Shown here: positions 17,509 to 26,469 of the stretch, in pieces
How the letters are laid out: the number at the start of each line of letters is the position of its first letter
Position numbering within the stretch: the first letter of the stretch is position 1
Source of the DNA: a virus
Lineage: Duplodnaviria > Caudoviricetes
DNA length: 64,000 bases
Reading direction: 5' to 3' (one strand)
Virus record (IMG/VR): IMGVR_UViG_3300032007_000010
The notes under the pieces: model-generated
The model's input: only the letters and a program-made list of their open reading frames with translations
The model's database searches: none
What the model was told of the DNA's origin: nothing
Made by a program: the position numbers and the translations under genes

Positions 17509-20151
17509 ATGCCAAAGAAGGAAACGGTCAAGAAACCTGATTCCGAACCCAAGAAAACCAAAAAGGGTCGGGACGAAGAAGGTTTTATTGTGCTTAGACC
17601 AATCCCCGGAGGCCAGTTTGACCTCTACATGAAGAAATCCAAGCACAGGAAAACCAAAAAAGAAACCAAGATTCCAAAGAATTCCAACAAATTGCTCGAA
17701 CAGATCGACAAGAAGGAGCTCTTTGATGAGGCCTATGGCATGGACACGGAGAATATGACCGAGGTTCAGCTTGGTAAATATGTGCTCGAGAAAGGTCTCA
17801 ACTATGCGCTGAACGTGAACATCGGTCGTCAGATTCCGCGCATCGAGGATGGGCTCAAACCCGTCGAGCGCCGAATCCTCTACACCATGTATCTCAACAA
17901 AAACTACAATGGTAACGCCGACAAGGTGGCCACCGTGGCGGGCAGTGTCATCGCACACTTCCATCCTCATGGCGATCTGTCGCTCTATGATACCATCTAC
18001 CGACTGGGTCGTCGCTACGCAATGCAGATTCCATACATACGTGCCCATGGTAACTATGGTTCCATGACCGATGCTAAGCCGGCGGCACCGAGGTATGCAT
18101 CCGCATCACTCATGCCATATTCCATGGACTGTTTCTTCAGTGAGATGGGAGCCCGCTATCCGATATTTGAGGTTACGGATAACTACCACTACTCGGAGAA
18201 GGAACCGATCTATCTCACCAGTAGATATCCGAATATTCTCATGCAGTGGAACCAGGGAATTGGCAAGGGTGCAGCGGCCTGGCTCGGAGCGTTCAATTCA
18301 AAGGATGTCTTCGACGCCACGCTCAAGCTCATGGATGATCCAAACGCGAAGATCAATATCTATCCAGATGTACAGATGCCGGTGGACATCATCAACAAGA
18401 AGGAGCTCAAGGGCTGCTTTGATATGAAGAAGTTCTCGGTGAAGATGCGCGCCCAGTATAAAATCGTGGCCGACAAGAAGCGCGATGCCAATGGCAAGGT
18501 GATCGACAAGTTCTGCATTGTCTTCACTTCTCTACCAATCAATGTCATCGGTAAGACGGTCAAGAAAGAGATCCAACAGATCAAAGAAGACGATGCCAAG
18601 CTTCCTAGTGGCGAGAAGAAACTGCCAGAGGTAATCAACATCGAGATGGATCCGAATGCCAATACCCTTGGTGGCATCGAGTTCACGATCGAGTACGAGA
18701 AGGGCTACGATCCCATTGCTCTGGCCGAAAAGCTCTTCCGCATGACAAGCCTGGCAGTCACTGCCGGTGTACAGTACACGCTTGTGGTGGACAATAAGCT
18801 TGAGACCTTCACACCGAGACAGGTGCTCAACTACTGGATTGACCAGCGCTATGACCAGAAACGTCGCTTCTACCACCAGATGGCGCTCAAATGCGCGAAG
18901 GATCGGGCGATCCTCGAAGCCAAGTGCACACTCCTCGAGGCCAATGCCATTGACAAGGCCATCAAGATCATTCGTGCTTCCGCAAATGATGATGACGCGA
19001 TCGGGGAGCTTATGAAGGTCTTCGGGTTCACCCAATTCCAAGCATACTGGGTCCTTCGCATTGAGCTCAGAACGCTCAACCATGCGAACATTAGAGATCT
19101 TCGTGAACAACGCGACCGCACCATTGCTGACTACAAACGCTACCGCAAACTCCTCTCTGATGAAACCGCCATCAAGGATGCAGTGCGTGACGATCTCATT
19201 GAGGGTCGAAAGAAGTATGCGAAGGATCGCATTGCACCGATCTTCGATCTCGGAGACCTCAGTTCCCAGGCTGACCCCGACGAGGAAAAGACCATCTACT
19301 GGAATAGTACCACCTTCTATTCGGTGCAGTCTGATACGGATCGCAAGGCCATCCGAGGCCAGCTCGACAAGTCCATGCATGGTCTCCACATCAAGAATTC
19401 TGATCGTATTCTGGTGATCAGCACACGAGGGGAGCCCAAGGTTCTGGATGGATTTGCCTTCGGAAGCACAACCGCCGGCATCAACTTCTCGCAGGTTGCG
19501 CATCTGGAGGTCGCCGCGTTGATCAAACTCGACAAAAACATCGATGCGCTTGCGATGGTTACCGGTGCTGGGTTTGGCAAGATTGTTCCCATGGCGGACA
19601 TCATTTCGAACATCAAGAGTCGCATGATCAACCTGAACGATGGAGACAAGCTCGTCGCGGCGATCCCGCTGACCAAGAAAGCCAATGGAATGATTTGCAT
19701 GATTCATGGCGAAGAACTGCACTGCGCCAGAGTGAGCGACTTCCCGGTGCTCAAACGTTCCGCCGCCGGCAATCGCATCGCAAAGGTTGACAATGGGTAC
19801 TTCACGGGTGCATGCCATGTTCCCGAGGCGGACAACCTGGTCTACTACGGAGAGTTTGGCTATGCCAAGGTGATACCGACAACCATCATGAAATTCCCGA
19901 AATCCAAGAAGTGCTGTGTACTCAAGCTTGGAAAGGATGTGTTCGGTGCTCTTCCGCTTTCGAACAATGGTGGCATGCTCAACTATGACGATGAGCTCGG
20001 AACCGAGGAGGTAAAACTTGCGGTGGATAAGATGGTGCATCTCATCTCCGGCAAGAACGAGACCAAGTTCCGCATCGGAACCTCCATAAGCTCAGCAGTC
20101 AAGCTCTTCAAGATTGGGCGCAATGAATTCTACCAGCTCTCGATCAAGTGA
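17509..20151 (+). CDS. gyrA: Type IIA topoisomerase subunit A (GyrA/ParC-like) with beta-pinwheel CTD
   Basis: RQIPRIEDGLKPVERRILY, HPHGD, GNYGS, catalytic AAPRY; N-terminal extension with the DEEGFIVL tag. Confidence 0.92.
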   Translation: MPKKETVKKPDSEPKKTKKGRDEEGFIVLRPIPGGQFDLYMKKSKHRKTKKETKIPKNSNKLLEQIDKKELFDEAYGMDTENMTEVQLGKYVLEKGLNYALNVNIGRQIPRIEDGLKPVERRILYTMYLNKNYNGNADKVATVAGSVIAHFHPHGDLSLYDTIYRLGRRYAMQIPYIRAHGNYGSMTDAKPAAPRYASASLMPYSMDCFFSEMGARYPIFEVTDNYHYSEKEPIYLTSRYPNILMQWNQGIGKGAAAWLGAFNSKDVFDATLKLMDDPNAKINIYPDVQMPVDIINKKELKGCFDMKKFSVKMRAQYKIVADKKRDANGKVIDKFCIVFTSLPINVIGKTVKKEIQQIKEDDAKLPSGEKKLPEVINIEMDPNANTLGGIEFTIEYEKGYDPIALAEKLFRMTSLAVTAGVQYTLVVDNKLETFTPRQVLNYWIDQRYDQKRRFYHQMALKCAKDRAILEAKCTLLEANAIDKAIKIIRASANDDDAIGELMKVFGFTQFQAYWVLRIELRTLNHANIRDLREQRDRTIADYKRYRKLLSDETAIKDAVRDDLIEGRKKYAKDRIAPIFDLGDLSSQADPDEEKTIYWNSTTFYSVQSDTDRKAIRGQLDKSMHGLHIKNSDRILVISTRGEPKVLDGFAFGSTTAGINFSQVAHLEVAALIKLDKNIDALAMVTGAGFGKIVPMADIISNIKSRMINLNDGDKLVAAIPLTKKANGMICMIHGEELHCARVSDFPVLKRSAAGNRIAKVDNGYFTGACHVPEADNLVYYGEFGYAKVIPTTIMKFPKSKKCCVLKLGKDVFGALPLSNNGGMLNYDDELGTEEVKLAVDKMVHLISGKNETKFRIGTSISSAVKLFKIGRNEFYQLSIK

Positions 20152-20155
20152 TCCG

Positions 20156-20191
20156 AAAGAAACGATTCCGTCGCAGGGATCGTTTCTTTTT
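20156..20191 (+). terminator. Rho-independent terminator
   Basis: AAAGAAACGATTCC/GGGATCGTTTCTTT. Confidence 0.75.
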
Positions 20192-20211
20192 CCTATGATG
20201 GATGAAGGGAG

Positions 20212-20868
20212 GTGATCGTCATAGAAAATGAAAAGAGGCACGTGAGCAATCGTTCACTGCTCGGAGGCAGCATCTATGCCGGCGCAGCCATCGGTCTCGG
20301 TGCCATCGCCAACATTCTCGTGGGTGGACTTTTCGGAGCATTCATATTCACCATAGGTATCATCATCGTGTGCTATTTCAACCTCGATCTATACACCGGA
20401 AGGATATGCTACCCGAGGCGCTACTCCATCTCCAACTACATCATGATATACTGCTGCAACTTCGTTGGCGCGGCGGCCACGGCCGGTCTGATTCGTTGCA
20501 CGAAGCATGGACGTCAGATCATGCTGGCCGCCACCGAGATCATGCTCCACAAGACCGAAGATCTATGGATCAGCCTCTGCATCCTTGGGTTTTTCTGCAA
20601 CTGCTGCATATTTATCGCCGTCGAAGTGTTCAGAACCCATGTTGGCGTCGAGCGTGTTGTGATCATCATCCTTGCGATCATGGTCTTTGTGCTCTGTGGC
20701 TTCGAACATTCCATCGCAAACTTTGCATATCTGATCATGTCGAACGAAGAGGCGCTAGATTTCTGGAAGGTGATAAAGGTGATCATCTGTGTCACCGTCG
20801 GCAATACCATCGGAGGTCTAACCATGTCGCTGGGCATAAGCGGATATCACCATCACACCTATCGCTGA
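20212..20868 (+). CDS. Formate/nitrite transporter (FNT) family channel
   Basis: About six hydrophobic segments; LYTG, CNFVGA, GFFCN, FEHSIAN, GNTIGG. Confidence 0.9.
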   Translation: MIVIENEKRHVSNRSLLGGSIYAGAAIGLGAIANILVGGLFGAFIFTIGIIIVCYFNLDLYTGRICYPRRYSISNYIMIYCCNFVGAAATAGLIRCTKHGRQIMLAATEIMLHKTEDLWISLCILGFFCNCCIFIAVEVFRTHVGVERVVIIILAIMVFVLCGFEHSIANFAYLIMSNEEALDFWKVIKVIICVTVGNTIGGLTMSLGISGYHHHTYR

Positions 20869-20892
20869 TCCGACCATATTCGAAGCTTGAAC

Positions 20893-20903
20893 TATATACT
20901 ATA
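20893..20903 (+). promoter_or_regulatory. Class I promoter flanked by a 9-bp inverted repeat
   Basis: TATATACTATA between TTCGAAGCT and AGCTTCGAA. Confidence 0.75.
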
Positions 20904-20923
20904 GCTTCGAAAGGAGGGTCAAT

Positions 20924-21316
20924 GTGATGATAGATAGCTACCGATTGGATGAGGTTAGATATAGTCGCGAAGACAGGAAACACCTTGCCACCTTTGTGAC
21001 ACTCGATGGTTGCGAACTTGGTCTCGATATCCAGTGGGAACTTCGAGGTCTGCGCTTCACCATATTTCGGAAACATAAGCGCGACAAGCTTGCGACAACC
21101 AGGTGGATCAGCTTTGCGTCTAGTCAGGAAACGATGTACAACACACTCTACGAATTGGTACTAGACTATTATCGGGAGCACGGGAAGACACTCGAAGACA
21201 ATGGGTTGCCAACCTTCACACGCATAGAGCTTCGGGTCCCGATCTCCCATCTTCATTTTCATATCAACGCGGGAACATTGAGCGATCTCCTGCAGAAGGA
21301 GATAATCTACAACTAG
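20924..21316 (+). CDS. Hypothetical protein
   Basis: AAAGGAGG RBS. Confidence 0.7.
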   Translation: MMIDSYRLDEVRYSREDRKHLATFVTLDGCELGLDIQWELRGLRFTIFRKHKRDKLATTRWISFASSQETMYNTLYELVLDYYREHGKTLEDNGLPTFTRIELRVPISHLHFHINAGTLSDLLQKEIIYN

Positions 21317-21337
21317 GTTCAAGGAGGCCTGGATTAA

Positions 21338-21523
21338 ATGTCTTTCAAAGTTAGAGTCCCTGGCCCGACCAACTACAAGGCGCAGCGTGACTTTTGCAAG
21401 GCCAATGGGATCAAGTACAATCCCTCGAAATACGCAACTGCGCTCAAGGGTTTTGATATTCCCAATGGAGGGCTCCTCGATGCGGCACGCATACCGGTGC
21501 TGAGAGCATTTATGAAGGGCTGA
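21338..21523 (+). CDS. Small basic hypothetical protein
   Basis: AAGGAGG RBS. Confidence 0.7.
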   Translation: MSFKVRVPGPTNYKAQRDFCKANGIKYNPSKYATALKGFDIPNGGLLDAARIPVLRAFMKG

Positions 21524-21632
21524 GCTGATACTTTCTCGCTCGAGAGGAGGTTGATTCGTGGGTGACATGGACCACTCCACCATTGGAGTAGGGTTCTTTG
21601 GCTGAACACGAAGGCATCATTTGATTTGGAGG

Positions 21633-21669
21633 AAAGAAACGAGGACCACCCACCTTCTCGTTTCTTTTT
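21633..21669 (+). terminator. Rho-independent terminator
   Basis: AAAGAAACGAGGA/TTCTCGTTTCTTT plus T-run. Confidence 0.7.
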
Positions 21670-21717
21670 GCCCGACGGTGCACCAGTCTGGTAGATGCCC
21701 CGAAGATTGCCGTCTCG

Positions 21718-21729
21718 AACATCCCTATA
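21718..21729 (+). promoter_or_regulatory. Class II promoter
   Basis: AACATCCCTATA. Confidence 0.78.
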
Positions 21730-21761
21730 ATGATAAATGAAACAACAAAGGGGTGATTCTA

Positions 21762-22913
21762 GTGATTAGGGATCATCTGGTTCCCCGCATCGAGGCGAAC
21801 CTGACAATGGCCCGTGCGACGGTGATCAACAAAGGCATCGTGCGCTATGTGGACAAGAACTCCGACATCCTCATGAAGATGAACTGGTCGGAGCGCTATT
21901 CCTTCGCAGACCAGGATCGTGCGCTCATCTATGATAACATCGGAATCGATGAACGTACTTTCCAGGAGGAGATTCGCGAATCGAAGCAGATCTACTCGGG
22001 CAACAAGATCCAATCAAATCCTTTCTACTGTTCGGTGATGCTCACCGCCCACGTGCTTCTCGAGCAGAAGAACGAGAAGCTTGCTCAGCTCATCATGACA
22101 TACATGTGCATGCAGATGTACACGTCTGCGCACAAAGGTTTCTTCAAATACGGCGTCAATGATAAGATCATGAACTACACCATCGCTCACCTGGACAATT
22201 CGTTCCGGGTGCGTTCGGTTCCGTCGCTCTTTGCCTGGATCGATGACAATGCCGAACAGACATTCAATGCATACAAGGATCGCATTGAACGCTGCGATGA
22301 TGCGGACATATCCTGGGTCGTCAATGCCATGTGGGATCGCATCAAGGGCAAACTTCGCAAGATAGCAAACCTCTATTACAAGAACCATGAGGCTGGCAAC
22401 TATCTCAACGAGGATGATGACCAGACCCAGGATTCCGAAAACTACCACGAGGCGGACAACAATTCCTACATGGTCGAGCGACTCGCCAATAAGGTCTATA
22501 TCAAGCTGCTTAACCATCAGTTCGACGAACGATTTTTCAAGTATGCGATCACGAGATCCGATACCTCGCTACAGAAGCTCAAGAATCTCACCTATGATAT
22601 CATCGATAGCGACAACGGTAATCTTCTGAAGTCGTATCTGATCTCGAACATCGAATACTTCCTCATCATGTCTGGGCGAGGGTTCGAATATATACCACGC
22701 GGAGAATACATCGCATACATGAAGGCGGCCTACGCCTCGAATACCGAACTCAAGCAGATGGTGAGCATCAAGGACCAGCTCGAAAAGTGGCTCACCGAGC
22801 ACATGACCGTGGTAGGACGCCAGAACTATGGTAAAACCGCACGGCTCGGCTACAAGAAGGCGCTCTACATGTTCTTCAACTTCATAATCAATCGTGAAGC
22901 AAAGCTCAGCTGA
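21762..22913 (+). CDS. Late-expressed protein, probable virion component; heads the operon with the vRNAP subunit
   Basis: Class II promoter; AGGGGTG RBS before GTG 21762. Confidence 0.7.
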   Translation: MIRDHLVPRIEANLTMARATVINKGIVRYVDKNSDILMKMNWSERYSFADQDRALIYDNIGIDERTFQEEIRESKQIYSGNKIQSNPFYCSVMLTAHVLLEQKNEKLAQLIMTYMCMQMYTSAHKGFFKYGVNDKIMNYTIAHLDNSFRVRSVPSLFAWIDDNAEQTFNAYKDRIERCDDADISWVVNAMWDRIKGKLRKIANLYYKNHEAGNYLNEDDDQTQDSENYHEADNNSYMVERLANKVYIKLLNHQFDERFFKYAITRSDTSLQKLKNLTYDIIDSDNGNLLKSYLISNIEYFLIMSGRGFEYIPRGEYIAYMKAAYASNTELKQMVSIKDQLEKWLTEHMTVVGRQNYGKTARLGYKKALYMFFNFIINREAKLS

Positions 22914-22928
22914 GGAGGTAATCACGCA

Positions 22929-23180
22929 ATGCCATCGTACACAGTTCTTGAACAATGCATCCTCGATGAGCTCGAACGTGCGTTGAGCGAATACTATTCC
23001 ATCGAACGCAATGATCATCGTGGCACAGACGACGAGCGGGCCAGCTTCGAGAAGGCCATCGCGGACGCCAAGGCCGTGGTGCATCGACGCGCCATTGCCA
23101 GAGAGGAGGCGAAATGTCAATGCATATCTACGAAAAACTCACCCCAGCCATCAGCGTTGTCCCAATCCCCAATTTCGTGA
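22929..23180 (+). CDS. Hypothetical protein
   Basis: AGGAGGT RBS. Confidence 0.6.
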   Translation: MPSYTVLEQCILDELERALSEYYSIERNDHRGTDDERASFEKAIADAKAVVHRRAIAREEAKCQCISTKNSPQPSALSQSPIS

Positions 23181-23280
23181 TACAGGAAGCTTCGATTCTT
23201 TTTGAGATGGAAGTTCAGGCAACTACCGAGATCATCGACCTCCCGCAGGCCATCGCCGGTAGAATGGAGGGAAGTGTTGT

Positions 23281-24027
23281 ATGAGTGTCAGGGACGAACT
23301 CAACGAGGAACTCTTTGATTTCCTCGACGATATGGATCCATCGGGAAAGAACACCGAAAGGCTTCGCAGCTTTCTCATCGGCATGACCGATCAAGAATAC
23401 TACGAATACATGGACGACTTTCTTAACGACGATCGAAAGTATATCCAGGTTGCCTATGAGCCGTACAACAACCCGGTCAGCATCGAATTCATCGAGAAGA
23501 TTGCCAAGAAGCACCACATCATCTTTTATCATAAGGTTGCAAAGCCCTATGTGAATGGGAATCCGCAGAATCCAACGGTGACACCGCACGAGATCATGGT
23601 GATGTATCTGCCTATCAAACGCCTCAAGCAGATGGTTGCGACCAAGAGTCACACCTCGGTCACCAACACCAAGCGCGATGCGCGCACCGGACAGGTAACG
23701 GGATCCGACAAGACCGCCAGGGTAACCGATGTCGAGGGATACTCGCTCATCGTGCAGGAGCTCTACGCGAGTGCTCGTGAATCCTTTGGTCCCATGGCAG
23801 ACAACGAAGCGGCATTCTTTGAAATGCAGCGTCAGATCCAGAAGAACGGTGAGGTATCTCTCGCCGATCTTCCGAATGATCCGCTTTCGCAGAAAACCAC
23901 CAACACGGTCTTCTACCTCATGCTCGGATCCTGCATCTCCACAAATCTCATCGAAGATACCGGATATTTGCTACCCATCACGCTCAGATCACAGGAGCAG
24001 CATAGCAGCACCGTCGATCGCGAATGA
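23281..24027 (+). CDS. Virion RNA polymerase beta subunit, C-terminal part (phiKZ gp149-like)
   Basis: DPSGKN N-terminus; LPIKRLKQMV ... RDARTGQVTGSDKTARVTDVE corresponds to the beta C-terminal conserved block. Confidence 0.78.
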   Translation: MSVRDELNEELFDFLDDMDPSGKNTERLRSFLIGMTDQEYYEYMDDFLNDDRKYIQVAYEPYNNPVSIEFIEKIAKKHHIIFYHKVAKPYVNGNPQNPTVTPHEIMVMYLPIKRLKQMVATKSHTSVTNTKRDARTGQVTGSDKTARVTDVEGYSLIVQELYASARESFGPMADNEAAFFEMQRQIQKNGEVSLADLPNDPLSQKTTNTVFYLMLGSCISTNLIEDTGYLLPITLRSQEQHSSTVDRE

Positions 24028-24043
24028 AGGAGGATTCAGCCGT

Positions 24044-24316
24044 ATGAGGAAGGACCGTTTCATCGCGATGGCCGAGCCCGGGGATTTCAGGTTCATCTTC
24101 GATGATCCCGGCAAAAACTATGTGGACTATGTCGGTGGCACATTGACGATCCATCTGGCCGGAGATGTGAATGTGAACTGCGCGAACATCAATATCGAGT
24201 GCGGGAATCTGACTGTCAAGTGCGCCGGTGCCAACATCACCGCCGGAGGAGCCATCACAATCACCGCGGGTGGCACCCTTAGCCTCAATGGCTCCAGGGT
24301 TGACATCAATGGTTGA
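24044..24316 (+). CDS. Baseplate central spike beta-prism protein (gpV/gp5-C-like)
   Basis: Repeating alternating beta-strands ending LSLNGSRVDIN; AAGGAGG RBS; directly upstream of the PAAR gene. Confidence 0.75.
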   Translation: MRKDRFIAMAEPGDFRFIFDDPGKNYVDYVGGTLTIHLAGDVNVNCANINIECGNLTVKCAGANITAGGAITITAGGTLSLNGSRVDING

Positions 24317-24341
24317 TCGACGATAGAGGAGGTGACTTCGA

Positions 24342-24680
24342 ATGCCACAGGCTGCGCGTCTCGGAGATTCCATCGTTGGCATAACCGCCGGCGAACATTC
24401 CAATCATGAGGAGCCACATCCACCGCTCCAGATCACCGGAAGAATTGTCAACAACGTATCGTCGAATGTGTTTATCAATGGACTGCCGGCCGCTCACGTT
24501 GGAAGCATAACCATGGAAAACGACGCCTGCTGTGGAACATCCTATGGATCCATAGCAACGGGAAGCAACAGCGTGTACATCAACGGAATCCCAGCTTCTA
24601 GATTGGGTGATGCGCTGAGTGTGCACAATCCCGGAAGCGGCATTGTGGATTCGGGCAGTCCCAACGTGTTCATCGGATAG
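24342..24680 (+). CDS. PAAR-repeat spike tip protein
   Basis: QAARLGD, VFINGLPAAHVG, VYINGIPASRLGD, GSPNVFIG. Confidence 0.93.
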   Translation: MPQAARLGDSIVGITAGEHSNHEEPHPPLQITGRIVNNVSSNVFINGLPAAHVGSITMENDACCGTSYGSIATGSNSVYINGIPASRLGDALSVHNPGSGIVDSGSPNVFIG

Positions 24681-24708
24681 GGCACATGATGTAGAAAGGA
24701 GAGATTCC

Positions 24709-24861
24709 ATGGATCGCGAACAGATGCAGCAGAATATGCTGAAGAATCTTCAGGCCCAGGGCAACGTCTATCTCAGCGAGGTTGCAACTCCGGGTGCCGT
24801 TCCAACGGCGGTTAACCCCGACGAGGTGCAGCGTGATGAAGACGAATGGGCACAGCGTTGA
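24709..24861 (+). CDS. Small hypothetical protein
   Basis: AAAGGAG RBS before ATG 24709. Confidence 0.55.
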   Translation: MDREQMQQNMLKNLQAQGNVYLSEVATPGAVPTAVNPDEVQRDEDEWAQR

Positions 24862-24941
24862 CCATCATCATAGGCCAGTTCGGGGGCTCATGTCTCCGAA
24901 CTGGCCCATTCGTACAGAAACGGACAGGGCCTCCGATGGAT

Positions 24942-24952
24942 TATATACTATA
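24942..24952 (+). promoter_or_regulatory. Class I promoter
   Basis: TATATACTATA. Confidence 0.75.
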
Positions 24953-24977
24953 GATATGCAAAGGAGGTATTTACCAA

Positions 24978-25865
24978 ATGTACACCAAAGAAATGACAGT
25001 TTCGTTATCGTCAAAACGACACGATGCGCGTGGACATCATGCACCAAAGAGACTCATGAGTAGCAGCGAGCGCATCGACAGATTCTTTACCCTGAGCAAG
25101 CGCGAAGAGCGACTTCTCTATGCCGGACTAATCATTGGAGTGATGCTGGCGGCTGCGATCGGTCTTGCCTTCATTAACTGGATGTCGATCGAGTATGGCG
25201 AAGAGGTGAATGGGTTGAGCATGCGCAATCGTTTTCTCAACAGCCGCCTCGAGACCGTGACCGGAGAATACACCGCCCAGATTGAACAACAGCGGGAAGA
25301 GTATGATCTTCGCATCGATGAGCTCGAGCGCGAGCTCGAATCCTATGAGGAGGAAATGGCTTCGGTGAACATGCAGCTCGAGGAGGAAAGTTCACTTACA
25401 TTTTCACTCATCAGGAAATATAAATATATAATCGATGGGGTTGATACCAGCAACGGTTTCACCTGGGATATGCTCGTGTATTTGGATGCTCAATGCAAGG
25501 AATATAATCTAAACCCGCACATGGTCACGGCCATCATCACCAAGGAGTCGCATTTTGATGTGGATGCCCAGAACCAAACCAGCAGTGCCCGTGGCCTTGG
25601 ACAAACTTTGGCAAGCACAGCGAAAACCGTCTACGAAAACATGCTCGGGAACGGAAATGGATCCTATAGCCATGCGATGGCAGACAATGGATACACTAAC
25701 ATCTCCATCGTTTGTCGGTATCTCAAATATCTCAAGGATAACTATGACAGTGTGAATGCGATGATCAACGCGTATTCCGGAGATCAGAGTGGATCGTACT
25801 ATTCCGGATGGGTCTCTATCATGCGCAGCTATGGTCAAGATCCATCGATCAATCATTATGTGTGA
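24978..25865 (+). CDS. Membrane-anchored lytic transglycosylase (SLT domain) with a coiled-coil stalk
   Basis: One TM segment, then a coiled coil, then AIITKES, ARGLGQ, NI...YLKYL, NAYSG. Confidence 0.85.
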   Translation: MYTKEMTVSLSSKRHDARGHHAPKRLMSSSERIDRFFTLSKREERLLYAGLIIGVMLAAAIGLAFINWMSIEYGEEVNGLSMRNRFLNSRLETVTGEYTAQIEQQREEYDLRIDELERELESYEEEMASVNMQLEEESSLTFSLIRKYKYIIDGVDTSNGFTWDMLVYLDAQCKEYNLNPHMVTAIITKESHFDVDAQNQTSSARGLGQTLASTAKTVYENMLGNGNGSYSHAMADNGYTNISIVCRYLKYLKDNYDSVNAMINAYSGDQSGSYYSGWVSIMRSYGQDPSINHYV

Positions 25866-25877
25866 TGGAGGAGCACT

Positions 25878-26093
25878 ATGAATTGTCCAGACCTGATTGA
25901 TGTGAATGCGGTGAGAGTTCTCATGGATCGAATGCATGTGGATCCAACCAGCATTCACCGTTCTCGGGACATGCTCGAAAAATTTAGCCACGCCATGAAC
26001 CTGTTGCACAAGCAGCCGGGCGATTCGCTCTCTGATCTGGATGTGCATGTGATCAGGAATCTCATGGAAACGCTTGTCGTGACCGGGAGGTGA
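25878..26093 (+). CDS. Hypothetical protein
   Basis: GGAGGAG RBS. Confidence 0.6.
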   Translation: MNCPDLIDVNAVRVLMDRMHVDPTSIHRSRDMLEKFSHAMNLLHKQPGDSLSDLDVHVIRNLMETLVVTGR

Positions 26094-26317
26094 TGTCGAT
26101 GATGCGCATAACCCTCTGCTATGTGCTCTTTGTGCTTGTGGCATTGGGCAGTCTGCTAATCATCCTCGGCAGAATCATACACCTGAACAGAGCTGACACG
26201 GTGGATGAGAATGTAGACCCGTCGGAGCATTGCGAGGATGACTCGATTCTGCAGGTTATCATGACCATCGCGTATCTCAACATGAGAATTCTTGGCCAAC
26301 GATTGGAGATATTATAA
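26090..26317 (+). CDS. Small membrane protein
   Basis: N-terminal hydrophobic segment; overlapping start. Confidence 0.55.
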   Translation: MMSMMRITLCYVLFVLVALGSLLIILGRIIHLNRADTVDENVDPSEHCEDDSILQVIMTIAYLNMRILGQRLEIL

Positions 26318-26387
26318 CTCAATGCCACGCACATGTGGCTTCGTGCGCGCCTATTCATAGTAAAGCATTTACAATAACAATCAAAAG

Positions 26388-26422
26388 AAAAGAATCACCA
26401 GCCGTCTACGGTGATTCTTTTT
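26388..26422 (+). terminator. Rho-independent terminator
   Basis: AAAAGAATCACC/GGTGATTCTTTT. Confidence 0.75.
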
Positions 26423-26469
26423 ATTGAATATGGATCACAAACATTTTATACAAGGAGTGAACATCTAAA

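Noticed and set aside
26440-26450. AACATTTTATA as a class II promoter
   Set aside because: The spacer is one base short and lies too close to the RBS; left uncalled.
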